DNA from: Cycas panzhihuaensis
Taxonomy: Eukaryota; Plantae; Cycadophyta
NCBI GenBank assembly: GCA_023213395.1
Contig: CM041465.1
Span: 125,309,741 to 125,373,740, forward strand
Reading direction: 5' to 3'
DNA: 64,000 nt
Shown here one piece after another: positions 50,700 to 63,490 of the stretch (position 1 is the stretch's first letter; each line of letters starts with the position of its first letter). Under the pieces are notes generated by a model that was given only the letters and a program-made list of their open reading frames with translations, had not been told where the DNA came from and searched no databases. Made by a program: the position numbers and the translations under genes.

Positions 50700-53600
50700 C
50701 GACCGAATCGATTCAATTGTGCAACAGGTCATCTCCTCTCTCCATCTAGTCGTTTCCTAAGCAATGTTGTTTCTTTTGTCTCAACACTGAAACGAAGAGT
50801 ACCACTGTCACACAGCAACTTTAGTGTTACGTAGCAGCTTAAATTCATCTACATTCAAAGATGTGATTATCCAAGCTACCATTAAACTTGTATTCGAGAA
50901 GTAAATCTCCTTGCTCAACGTAATTGCATCCTCATTGGCTTACTCTCTTGAGCTAATGTCCACCTCTGATTATCTCTTTTCTAAGCCTCCAACCTGTCAC
51001 AGCTTCAACTCTACCTTCTATAATCCATATCAAACCTTCAAAGTTTGCTTACCCATTTTTTTTATTCATCAGACAATTTCTTCTGACTGAGGAAATATTT
51101 GAGGCTGTCATGGTATGTTTTGACCACGAACTTATTCCCTAGCAAGTATTGGCACCATTGGTGTATGGCGTGCATGATTACAAGCATCTCTTTATCAAAG
51201 ATGAGCTTGAGTCCTCTCCCTACAATTTAACTTTTGGCTTTTGTATGCTAGAGGTTGATCTTCCTAGTGGAGGACTACTCCAAATCCTGTCCTTGATGTG
51301 ATGCAATATAAAGTGAATGGTTGAGAGAAATCTGGAATTGCAAGTACTAGCATTGTGATCATAACTTGCTTAAGTTCATGAAAGGCATTCTCTGCTATGG
51401 GGTTCCATGCAAATCCATCCTTCTACGTGAGGTATGTTAGAGGGCGATGCAATGTGAGTGTAACCCTTAATAAACTTTTGGAGAAATCTAGTTGCCCCTA
51501 AAAAACTCCTTACTCCTATTACATTCTAGGGAGTAGACCAACAGATGATGGCTTGAACCTTTTTGGGTTCTATCTTAATACCTTTCTGAGTAATAATATG
51601 CTCAGGTATTCTAGCTCAACTTTCCCAAAAATGCATTTGTTCTTGCTGGCAAAGAATATGTTGCTTCTCAGAACTTAAAGAACCGCTTTGATGTGCTCCA
51701 AATGTTGGCTTCGCTCTATGTTGAACTACAAATTAAATTATTATTAAAAAAACAACATTGTACTCTGAAAAGTTGCCAGTGCATTGGTTAATCCAAATGG
51801 CATAACTCAAAATTCAAATAACCCTTCATGTGTACAGAAAGCGAAAAAGTGGTTTTGTATACATCTTCTTCCTTGATGCGAATCTGTTAATATCTTAATA
51901 GCAGGTCAAATTTTTAAAATACTTTGCCCCATGTATTTCATCTAACAAGTCATCTATCCATGGAATGGGATGGTGATTCTTGGCAGTCAACTTGTTTAAT
52001 CCCAAATAAGAACCATCTGATAGAGTGCTCAACCTTTCACTTTAGATTGCAACACATTAAGGATAGAAGTAGGAGCAATCCTCCTCCAGGAAGATTGCCT
52101 CTAGCATACGAAAGCCAAAAGTTAAACAACAGGGAAAGACTCAAACCCGTCTATGATAAAGAGATGCTTGCAATCATGCACACCAAACACCAATGTTCCT
52201 TCAAGATTTTCTCCATTTGGTGGGACGTCACCAGTTAGGTTGGGGATGTGGGAGGAGCCTACATCGTATGTCTATGACCCTTTTGACAAAAATTCATGAA
52301 TTGAGTTTTGTAATTGGTGACTACATTTCCTAGGGTTTGTAACCATTGTATTCCTAATACAATGTCCACTCCTCCTATTAGCATTGTCAACATGCAAGAG
52401 GTCATCGAATAGTCTTCAATTTGGAGGCTCACTTTTTGGCAATACCCTCCACATGTCATAGTCTTTCCATTAGCAATGGTGACCTGAAAGGCATTAAGTG
52501 CTTCAATAGATAACCCTAGTTTCTCTGTAGTTGGTCTATTGATAAAGTTGTGGGTTCTTCCACTATCAACTAGAATGGCAACTGGTGCTCCCTTGATCAC
52601 CCCCTAAAAACATAAGGTTTAAAGGGTGATAATCTATCCCGTAATATCCTGTAGTGTTATCTACACATGTTTCATATCCATATCCAAGAGCTCTTCTACT
52701 TCAACTCCATCATTCTCTTTGGGAATTTTTCCTTCTTCATTTTCCTCCTTTGGGATGGTTGTGCTTTCATTATTGATCATGAATACTTTCTTCAACAGAC
52801 ATTGATGATCTTTGCTCCATTTACCCCCACATTTGAACATGTACACTGCCTTAAGTGCTCTTTTGATACTCTGTTTGCATCACTAGTGCCTTTCTCTGCG
52901 AGTGGTGGATTTGTCTTTGTCCAAGACTTAGTCCAATTGAGATGGAGATTAGGGTTTGGCTCACTATGACGATTGTAAGTGGGTCGGCCCTCTCTGTACT
53001 CTACTTCAATATTTCTTACGTGGCTAATGGCTATCCGTAAGTTTGTTGCCCCCATCATTTTTATATGGTATTTGTAGCATTCCAGAAAATAAAGAAGAAG
53101 TTGGTTTTCTATAGAGGGAATTATTATTATCAAGTCAATTTTTAAGAGGATTAAAGAAAGAATCATTTAATATATTTTATTATGAAGTCGGTGTTTTTTT
53201 AGAGAGAGAATTAGGAGTTGGTTTTCGAGATAGAAAAATAAAGGCTATAAATAGAAAAGCCTTTATCATTTGTAAAACAATCTTGGAGAATTTATTACAC
53301 TTGGGATAAGGGCCTCATGCCATTGAGGAACATCTATGCCAAATTAGAGGATTGCTCTCACCTCGAAGAGGGTTACAACTTCTAGATATTGTACCAAGTT
53401 TTGTTATTATGATATTATTATTACTTTGAATTATGTTGTTATTTATTAATGTATGGATGTTATATTGCATGGATGGATGAACTATAACTATTGAATTATA
53501 TTTTTTGAAGAATTGTGTACTGTAAATGTAAGTTATCTATTGGAAATATTATTTGTATAGAAAATTACTGTTGTTAAATGCATGAAATCTATTGTGAATA

Positions 53601-56600
53601 TCTATGATTATTACTGTTACCTATTGTTGGAGATTTGGGTCCGCTATAAGTCGTATCAAAGCTTCATTTTTAGGAATATAAATGAAAACATTTTGTAAAA
53701 TAGCCATAAATTTGAGTTGGCTAGGCCCATTCTACAAATTTTGAGTGGTTATACCATAGGTTTTGGAGCTCAATTGTGAAAATCGCAAGGAATTTAATTT
53801 CACCCTCCTATTTGTCATTGTTTTCAGAAGCCTAAAATCTACTATTGCAAATTCAAATGCCCATAACTTTTGCTACAGGTGTCTAATTGACCTCAAATGT
53901 TTTTGGAATTTGTGCATCTCTGCGTCTATTTTCTGTTGGAAATGGTTTCAAATCCATCAAATATTGGAGCAAAATGTTATCAACATTTTAGTAACAAGGA
54001 CTATTGCAATCCCTAGAAACCCTAATTGTGACCCACATTAAAAGGGCCATAACTATTGCTATAGGTATCCAAATGACCTAAATTTTTTTTTTTGAATTGT
54101 TGTGGCTTGAAGCATAGATTACTCAAAAAGAAGAAGAAAATTCAATTTGGATATCTAATTCAAAAGTTATTGCTATTTTAGTGGAGGGCATTGTTGTTGC
54201 ACTAAAATTCATATTTTTTATCCAACTTGCGGAGGCCATTACGGGAGCTAAAAAGCTCCAAATCACCTAAAACTAGGCACATTAGAGATGTTCTTAAGTC
54301 CTTCCACTCAGGAAAAGGAATCAATCAACTTGGGTCAATGAAGAAAAAATTATATCAATTTTGTTTTTAAAATGGGGGTACTAGACATTTCCTCTCTAAC
54401 TCAAGCTGCAAGTGCCAGATCACAGTGTTGTCTGAACCATTGGAATCTGGGTTCATAGACAGTCACTTTGAGTGGTCATATTTGATAGTTTTGATTAATG
54501 TATGATGTAGATTTTAATCGATGAAGTTGTAGCTATTGTTGACCAAAAACTCTTTTGAGTATCCACAGTTGCATGGAGAAATTTAATTGAGCCATTTGAG
54601 GTGGCTAACAAAGTGCAGATCTCATTAGAAAAATGGAACTCCAATGAAGAAATAGCGGCAATAGAATGGACAATGATGTTGCATGCCTACTTCGACATCC
54701 ACTCAATGCTCTTGAAGGAAAGAAGATTACTTTCGCATCCCAATATCTAAGTGGTAACAAAGTAAGGTGGTTCAGACAATTTTGCAGAACCTGCAAGGAC
54801 TTGGAGTACTTTAAGTGGTCATTCTTAAAAGGGGCGATACAGAAGGATTTTAAAGGAAGTTGGTTTTGGACTAGTTTCAAGTGCAACAATGAATAAAAAT
54901 TTGCAAAGAAAACTAGATAACTAAAGAGGGCACATTTACAGTCTAAAGTTTAGAGACTAAAAGGAAAAATAGCCTCAATTTTTTTAATCTAAATCACAAG
55001 AATAATGTGATGGATTGGGTAGAAACACTTGAGAACTATTATGAATACACGTGTGATACAAAAATTGAAGTGTATGGCCCATTGTTAACATGCTTCCTAG
55101 AAAGAAGAGCTCTTGATTGGTTCACATATTAGGGTAAAGAATCACCTATGCTCTCCAATTGGGGTTGGTTTTGATCTGCATGCATCCAAGCCCTTTGTGA
55201 GGACATTGAAGCATTAAAGATACTTGACGAATGTGCAAAAATAGAAGAAAAAGCAGCAAAGGAAGAACAACAAACTAGTAAAGAGGAGGCCTCAAAGACC
55301 TTACATGAATAGGAACAAGAACCAGTTCAGACAAAACAACATGATTGCACAAAATAGTTGAAGCAGGTGCACATGACTAAAGAGTCTCGCGAGAGGCAAA
55401 TCAAGATCAAAGAAGCGACCCAAGGAGAAGTTACACAAGAGCAGCACAAAAACGTGGAGGAACAAGCCAAAGAGCAACTAGTGAAGGAACAAACCAAAGA
55501 ATCTCAACAAACCTCATGCAAATCCAGCAAGGTAGTCATTGATCTTGTGTTGCACATGCAGATTTCATTTGGTAGTTTCATTTGTCCTCTCTCATTTCCA
55601 AGCACCATAGTTGTAGAAAATCCTTCTTTTCTTTTTTCCATAGCCAGTCAACAACCTAATCCCCTTAGCTCTTATTTTATCGTAGGGCAAATCCCAGTTC
55701 CCTTTTACAAACCAAGTATAATGTTGTCCTTACACAAATTTTCCCCCTCTAGGATTTTCCCTCATCAGGCTATTCTAAACCATTCATCCTCACTTCATCA
55801 GGATTCATCACATGGTATGATGATTACTCCCTACAAAACCCCATTCGGTCCATCCCAACCACCTTCTTCTCCGCACTACCAAAATTGTTTTTTTCAATAA
55901 ATCCTTCATTTTCTCTGAACTGCATTCCTAAAAACCTATTAAACTCTTTTTTTTATAAAGAACATTTATCGCTAATCCCTTATCCACTCTTCTCCCCAAA
56001 GAATTCTTGTGGTCAAACACTTCACAAATTCTCATTCAAGTCAAAGTCCAAACTTCATCCTTCCTTTTTACACCTTCAAAGTTGTGGCGGATCACCATTC
56101 AAAATTTCGCTTCTTCCATTTTCTTTTCCTCTAAGCAATCATCAATTCAAGACCCATATGATCGACTCTTTTACAAATCTCCCAAATTCCATTGTAACAT
56201 TCCCCACAAAATTCCTTAGTATTTCAAGCACCTCTCATTCCATAAGCCATTCCATTACAGGACAAAATGTGCAAACACAAAGAAAGACCAGGGCAAGGCA
56301 TCTAAGGCACCTCACAGGTCCTAGGATTCCTTCACTATAGAACAATTTACAACATCTACCTAGCCCCAAGAATGAGCATCAGCAAATTATGAACACTCCT
56401 CAGTAAAATCCAATAGAAGCTGCAAGATGGGACACAGTCTTCATGAAATACAAGACTCAGCATAGACAAACACTGGAAGAACCAGTCAAAGCTAAACAAA
56501 GCCAAGCAACAAGCAATTTCCAATACTGCGAGGGCGAAGTATTGTTTTAAGGGGAGAGGAATTGTAGCATTCCCAAAAATAAAGAAGTTGGTTTTCTATA

Positions 56601-58448
56601 GAAAGAATTATTATTATCAAGTCAGTTTTTAAGAGGATTAAAAAAAGAATCATTTAATCCTTTATTTATTATGAAGTTGGTTTTTTTTTAAAGAGAGAAT
56701 TAGGAGTTGATTATCGAGAGAGAAAAATAAAGGCTATAAATAGAAAAGCCTTAATCATTTGTAAAACAATCTTGGAGAATTTATTATACTTGGGATAATG
56801 GCCACACACCATTAAGGCACATTCATGCCAAGTTGGAGTGTTACTCTCGCTTCGAAGAGCATTCAATTGTTGGATATTGTACCAAGTTATGTTATTCTAA
56901 TATTATTACTACTTCAAATTCTGTCGTTATTTATTAATGTATGGATGTTATACTACATGGATGGATGAACTATAACTGTTGAATGATATTTTATGAAGAA
57001 ATGTGTCTTGTAAATGTATGTTATCTATTGGAAATATTATCTCTATGGAGAATTACTAATGTTAAATGCATGAAATCTACTGTCAATGTCTATGATTATT
57101 ACTATTACCTGTTGCTGGAGATTTGGGCTTACTATAGTATTTGATATGTCCCTTAAGCCCCCCGATGCATGTCTGGGTAATGAGCTCATCCAGTATTCTT
57201 TCAGTGACCAAACATTGGAGGGCTTGGAATTATTTTGTGTAAGCATGACCTAAGCCAATTTGTTGTAATCGTGTAAGCTGAGCAAAGTAATCCCTATTCC
57301 AAAAGTCTTCGTATTGATCGATCAGACCTGCTTTAAGGGAGGCCCGATTATCGTCTGGGGTATCCATATAGACATTTCTCCACCAATGGAACCATGAACC
57401 ATTGAAGTGCTCTTCCATATAAGTGGAGTGAAGCTACAAAAATTCATTCCTTGTTAGATAGGCCATATGCCTGGAGGTAAATCTCCATCTATAGTATCCA
57501 ACTATAGATATCCATAGATCTGTCAAGATCAAATTTTTTTAAAAGAAACTTTGTTCCCTTGAGACCGTTGTCTAGTTCAAAATTCCTTTGACTTCTTTGT
57601 TGAAAGTCCCTTTGATCTCTTCGTTCATGGAATTCTTTGCCAAACTTCCTTTGATCCTTTTGCTCTTGGAGTTTATCTTTACCTAAACTTTCCCCCTCTT
57701 CTTGTTGTTTATATAGTTTTCCACTGGTTGAGTCTACTAGAGTACCAATGGCCCTTACTTCGTCATCCATGACTAATACAACATCATGTAGCTCATAAAC
57801 CCTTTTTTTGAGGAAAAAGGAAACAAAAAGGGAAAATGTTTTGCCTTTTCCCAATTGGATTTTCTTTTTCTAAGACAGTAGATCCTTTCTCAAGATGGCT
57901 TCAAAATGAGGCTCTAATACCAATTGCAGCGAGCCCATAGGGATTTACATAAAAAAAATAGCTAGCTAATGTAGAATATTGCAAAGGTATGGAAAAATTG
58001 GATACAATTGTTTGAAAATAGCGCAATGCAATGTATTTTCGGCATATATCTATATATAATAGACTAAATATCAAGTAAAATATAGTGAAATATGATGTAC
58101 AAAACTTACATATAAGGCTCTTATTCCTAACTTCCTCTCCAAGGCGAGGTGCCCTCTAAATTGCAATCCATTAGGCCAAAAATGCAGCAGCCTAGATTCA
58201 CTCGATGATGCCCTAGGAAGAGGCCAAAGATCCTCTTATATAGGCAAATGAAGAGATGCATAAGGGACTCAGCCAAAAGCTATAGAGAAGTCAACTAAAA
58301 GGCTATTTATTGGATGACCAAAATACTGCATGAAGTTAGTTAGGAAAAATGGTAATTATATATTTACTAAGGTTGGCCAAAATATTCTTGAAGGGTCGGC
58401 CAGACAACCCTTCAGAAGTCAGCCAAAACAGGGAAAGGGAATGTTGCA
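50700..58448 (-). mobile_element. Decayed chromovirus related to 5812-11580, split by the 53073-57136 insertion
   Basis: LTR 57925-58448 (TGCAACATTCC...GCTGCA), PBS 57911-57922, gag DYFAQLTRLQQIG, protease ILVDSGRTHNFI, RT/RH scraps down to ~50900. Confidence 0.88.
53073..57136 (+). mobile_element. Complete non-autonomous (pol-less, TR-GAG-like) LTR element
   Basis: LTRs 53073-53648 and 56563-57136, TSD GTATT, degenerate PBS 53651-53662, PPT 56549-56561. The 2.9 kb interior has no PR/RT/RH/INT motifs, only two gag-NTD-like modules and low-complexity sequence. Confidence 0.93.
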
Positions 58449-58812
58449 TTTGGTCAGCGATCAAATCTATGGTTTGAGGTGATTCTCTCCATTTTTTTTG
58501 AAAGTTTTTAACTTGATTTTTCATGTGTTGAGGTTGTTGTTGTGTCAAGAAGGCAGATGTCTGGTTAAAATCTTAAGTGGATAGCGAATTCATGGAGAAA
58601 AATGCTTGTACATGCTTGGGCGTCACTCTATTTTGAGAAGCAAATTTCTCAATGTTTAGAGCGTTAAATCCGCTATTGTTTTGCATCTATGAGGCTGCCA
58701 GAGGATGCAGACGACTGTTGTGGTCTTAGATTTTTTATTGGGCATGTAGATCACTAAAAAAGTGCGGTCAAAGTTGTGTTTTTACGCAGCCTGTCTATAA
58801 CAGGACAACCCC

Positions 58813-60130
58813 TGTCACCATAGCAATATGAGAGCAAAGAGTAGGAATGCCATGGGGATGGAGGCAAATGGACTGGTAGGTGGAGATGGAGAGCACCAAA
58901 AGGGAACCAAAAGGACACTGAGGTGAACCCAATAAAATTATATCCATGAACATATCAACTTATCCTTACATGAAGTTGGGGTGTCATATTTAAAAGAGGA
59001 TCACCCTATTATTATATTATTCTACCTCTAAGCTAGCCAATCCTACATTTTCACTATTATTAAATATTCTTAAACTTAACCTCCTTAACCCTTATCCTAC
59101 TTAAACTTGCAATACATTAACCCTCTCTAACATGTGGTGAAGGCTCAACACATGCCCTCCCCCCTTAAGATGCTTTGCCCTCAAAGCATCCTAATACAAA
59201 AATATGTGTCCACCGCCTGCCAGTACAAGAATGTTTAAAGTGAATGAATCATTGTTGATACAAAGAGAAGAGGTTGTTGCTGCTACATCTGCTAGGTGAT
59301 GGAGTGGATGTATGTTATACAAATGTGTCATTCCTTGGAAGTGAGAAAAAAAGCATTGCCCTCCTGGTTGTTTCTCGTCATGGAAGAAGTGAGGGCCTAT
59401 GGAGTAATAATAAAGGTGCCCACAACAATAAGGTACCAAATATTCCTGCAACTTGAATGATGACAACCCATTTGAAGTAGACCTAGGTTGCTTCGTGATG
59501 CTTCCTACTTCATGCTGCATGAGGGAGCAATCATAGTCCTCCACTTTCTCCTCAGTTGAGTGGTCATTGATCTCCACTTCCTCTTTAGCTGCATCGTCCC
59601 ATACATGTTCATCTAAATTGGCCTCAATACTTGGGAGCTCATCATGTTCAGGTCCCATTTCTTGTTCTTCCTACAACACAATACTCTCTCCCAACTGGAT
59701 GGATGCCTGGTCCTTTACGTCCTCTTTTGTGGAAGCTTCAATAGTTAGGAAAGCTCCCATTTCTCTTTGAAGTTCCATCTTGAAGGATCCCCAATTTGGA
59801 TTTGAGTGTGAGTCACACCATACCCAAGCCTTTCTACGAAGACCCACTTGCAACAATAGCATAGCAAATATAATCTTGGCATAGTAATGCTTGAAGTAAT
59901 AGACATCAGAATAATCTTCAAAGAATTGTTCAAGAGTGACAACCAAATCATAAAGTTGAATGTGACCATCCATCCCAAATTAAGTGAGGTCAAGGTCATC
60001 ATTGTAATTGAAAAAGAATTGTTCAAAGTGAAAGTACTAATCACTAAGACCCTTTTTTTCATAGAGTATGAGTACCTTCCTGTAAGCCCTTGGATCCTTT
60101 TCTCCCCCCCCCCCCCCCCCAACACCTTTT
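58813..60130 (-). mobile_element. 3' part of a pol-less LTR element with a single gag-NTD-like module
   Basis: LYDLVVTLEQFFEDY...AKIIFAMLLL...KAWVWCDSHSNPNWGSFKMELQRE and an acidic tail run directly into an AGGG hairpin, PPT (59153-59168) and LTR ~58813-59150. Confidence 0.7.
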
Positions 60131-62109
60131 TTTACTTACATATAAGAGAATACTTATGGCCTCAAGAGCAATGGCATACAAGCTAAAGTCCGAACGACTG
60201 AAAACTGTAAAAAATTACATTCTAAAATGACATGCAACTAGAAGACTTGACTTCAAACATTAATATCTACTACAAGAAAAGCCCAAAATATGTCATATGA
60301 TAGTCCAAATTGAAGCCCTCGGAACAAGAAATCTCACAGATCTGACAATTTAGAAAATGGACTCCTAGTTGCAAAATTATGAGATAAAAAAAGCATGAGT
60401 ACCTAAAACATGGACCAAATTTTGAATTATAAGGCCTTTAGTCCCTTTTGCCCTTTAGCTCCTGGTCGCTTTATGAGTGCATACGACCTTTTGCTTATCC
60501 AAATGGAGCTCCACAGACTTAGACCAATATTCGAAATTAATTTAATATCCGAAAAAACTTTATAAAAAAATTTACACAAGGTCAAATATTTGTAATCTAA
60601 TCGACCTTTAACAATGAACTGGCTGGCACACTAATCTCTGCAAAAATGTTCAAATTTTTTATTGATTTGATTACACTTTGATCAAACTTCTCCATGCTCC
60701 TGAATATTGATGATAATGGCCTGAGCGACTTTGTGGACTTCGAACTCAATTGGTAATTTGTGCTTGTAGGCAACTTCATGCGATAGGTCATAGGGACATA
60801 CAAAGCGAGCATCGCTCAAGCCTCAGTGCAAGTATATAGAGTGTTCGACCACACAGAGTGTTCGTCGCATACCCTAAGCCATTTGTGGCCTACATCTCTC
60901 AGAAGTAATGTTCCCATATACAATAAAAATACCCAATGACTAACCAAAGCATCGATCTTCCATAATTGTTATGGATTCAACAATGGTGTTACCCATGGAG
61001 TCGCCTCTGCATCTGAAGTTTATAGAGTAACACCTACGAATAGGTCACCCATGGATATTTCTCTGGTTGTGGTGTTCTTCCACACCGGGGCAAATGGAAG
61101 GGCCGACTTTGAGATTCACACGAAGGCATTGGAGTTTGAATGAGAAGCAACCAACTATTTGATTTTGAAATCGATATATCTCTTCAGGTGCACTTGAAAT
61201 TGGCAATCGACAAAATTAGTCAATTCAAAGTTGCATTAGCCACTTAAAATATGTTTATTCAATATCAGAGTTGCAAATTTTGGAATTGAACTATTAAATC
61301 ATCAACTACCGAAGCCATTTTGCATACAAGATGAAAAGGGTTAATGACATAAGGTCATTACATTAGTTGATTATTTCGAAAAAGGGTCTTAAGTGAACTT
61401 TAAATTAGATCACTTAAGTGAAATGCACTTTCATGTGCATTATGTGTAATTTCATTTCACCTAACTCAAATGCTCCCTCTCTCAATATAAAAGTAAAGCT
61501 CAATGGAGGAGATTCATTCTTTACCTCCCCATTTTGTGAGAGCTACTTTCTTTCTCTCAAGTCTCTCTTGCTCCCATGTTTGCCTTTGTGTTTAGTGCAT
61601 GGAGATGAAGGATAGATCCACTCTTTTCATGTGGTATCGAGCTTGCTTCCTTCATATTCCCCACTTGCACTTGCAATGGAGCCATCACTTCCTTCTCCCC
61701 ACAATCCATGTGGTGAAGGAGATTGTGAAAGTGAATTTAGAAATATTTTCAAGTTATTATGATAGCATATTTTGTATTGTTTGCTTTTCCTTTCTCTTTT
61801 GCAGGTTTGGAAGCATAATACAAGGAGTTGTAAGGCCCAAGGATTCCAATCCTTTGCTGGCCATTCATGCTATCTCATTCTTCTTTTTCTTTTCCCTTTT
61901 TGTCCATTTAACAAGGGAAATCTTTGAAATTTTTCCAGCATTTAGAAGAATGATTGTAAGGGGAGTTTTTACCCATTTTTTTTTAGAATTTTGAGCCATT
62001 GAAAATATCTATCATTGTATGCTCTCACCTTGCCCATATTGGGATCCTGGTGATCAAAAAATGATGGAAATTTCATATGGTATCATGTGTTAATGAGATA
62101 TTAGCAAGC

Positions 62110-62480
62110 TGAAATTTCTGCAGAAATACAATTTGATTACTGAACTTCACAGGTCTGCAAAATCTTCTACAGAGATCCAATTGAAGTGATTCCAACTGTC
62201 AAAGATGGGGCTCTGAGTCTACTTTCCAGTGCAAAACCTGGCACCTAATTTGGATGTCGTATGAGGAAGTTATTGCTGTTTTAGTGAACAGCAGTTATTT
62301 TTAGTAAGAATTCTGGAAAAATATAATTTCCTAACTTTACGAGTCTGTCAAAAACTTTCGAACTCATTTGGACTGATTCCACTTCACGAAGATGAAGCTC
62401 TAAGTCTAGTTTGCGACAAAAATCGGCACTCCATTTCGACATCGTGGGAGAAAGTTATTGCAGATTTAGTGAAGAGTACT
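62110..62480. repeat. Two degenerate ~185-bp tandem units in the copia leader
   Basis: AAGTTATTGC at 62267 and 62452 with colinear flanks. Confidence 0.75.
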
Positions 62481-63361
62481 TTTTTGTATTAACAAAAAAA
62501 AAAAAAAAAAGTGAAGAAAATTTCTTCCTTTTATAAGGCTTAAAAGCCCATTGTAAAAGTGAGAAAAAAAACACACGGATCGATTAATATCCTGTCCTCA
62601 CTCACTTATTAGCATTGCATTTCACACTCTAAAATCACTCAAAGCAAGCACACAAAGACACTTCAAGCAAGCACTCCAAAAGCACTCCAAGCAAGCATTA
62701 TTTTCAGTTAAATGTACGTTTGATGCAATTTGATAATCTTTTCACTCTTCCTAAAAGGAACGCATCACGTACGCTATTTTCCGCCATCTTGTACCTGTTC
62801 ACACACTCGCCAAGGTTGAGATACCTTGGTTGGCAGAATGTAGTGCCATAAAGGAGGTGTGGGTTTCAAGTTGGGACTGGACTAAACCGGAATATTGGTG
62901 AGGTTTGGTTAGCCATACCATCGTGCCTCAATCAGGGATCATCCTGATAACCAACCGAGAAAATTGAAACTTTAATACAAGATTAAAATATACCCGATCC
63001 AATATCCGTCATAGCCATGGGTATGCATGTACCACTCTTTAGAGGAGGTATATAGCTACTCATTGGTGAACTGGGTGAGGATTGGGAGTACCTGGGCTCC
63101 GTTGTGACTTGGATTTCATCACCAAGCAAGATTGCGGGTATCGCAGGTGAAGGCCAAATTAATTCTACTAGAAGCCTAGGCATCCCTTCAACAACCTCAA
63201 CTACACGTTGGACACAAGTTAGAGGTTATTGGGTTGATTACGCATCCTACATTCGAGTTTCAAGTTGTGTAAACCCAATGATGTCAACTTCTACATTGGC
63301 CTATAATCTTGTATATTGATCACTTACTTATTTGTAAAAAGTGATCCATAGTGTAATCACA

Positions 63362-63490
63362 ATCATAGTGCTTCTCATATTCCTGCTGCGTCAGGTTAAT
63401 ATTTGCCACAAGTGTTAGTGGCCAATTTTTATCATAGTGCTTCTCATATTCCTGCTTGCGTTAGGTTAATATTTGTCACAAGTGTTGGTG
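63362..63490. repeat. Direct duplication, 69-bp period
   Basis: ATCATAGTGCTTCTCATATTCCTGC at 63362 and 63431. Confidence 0.9.
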
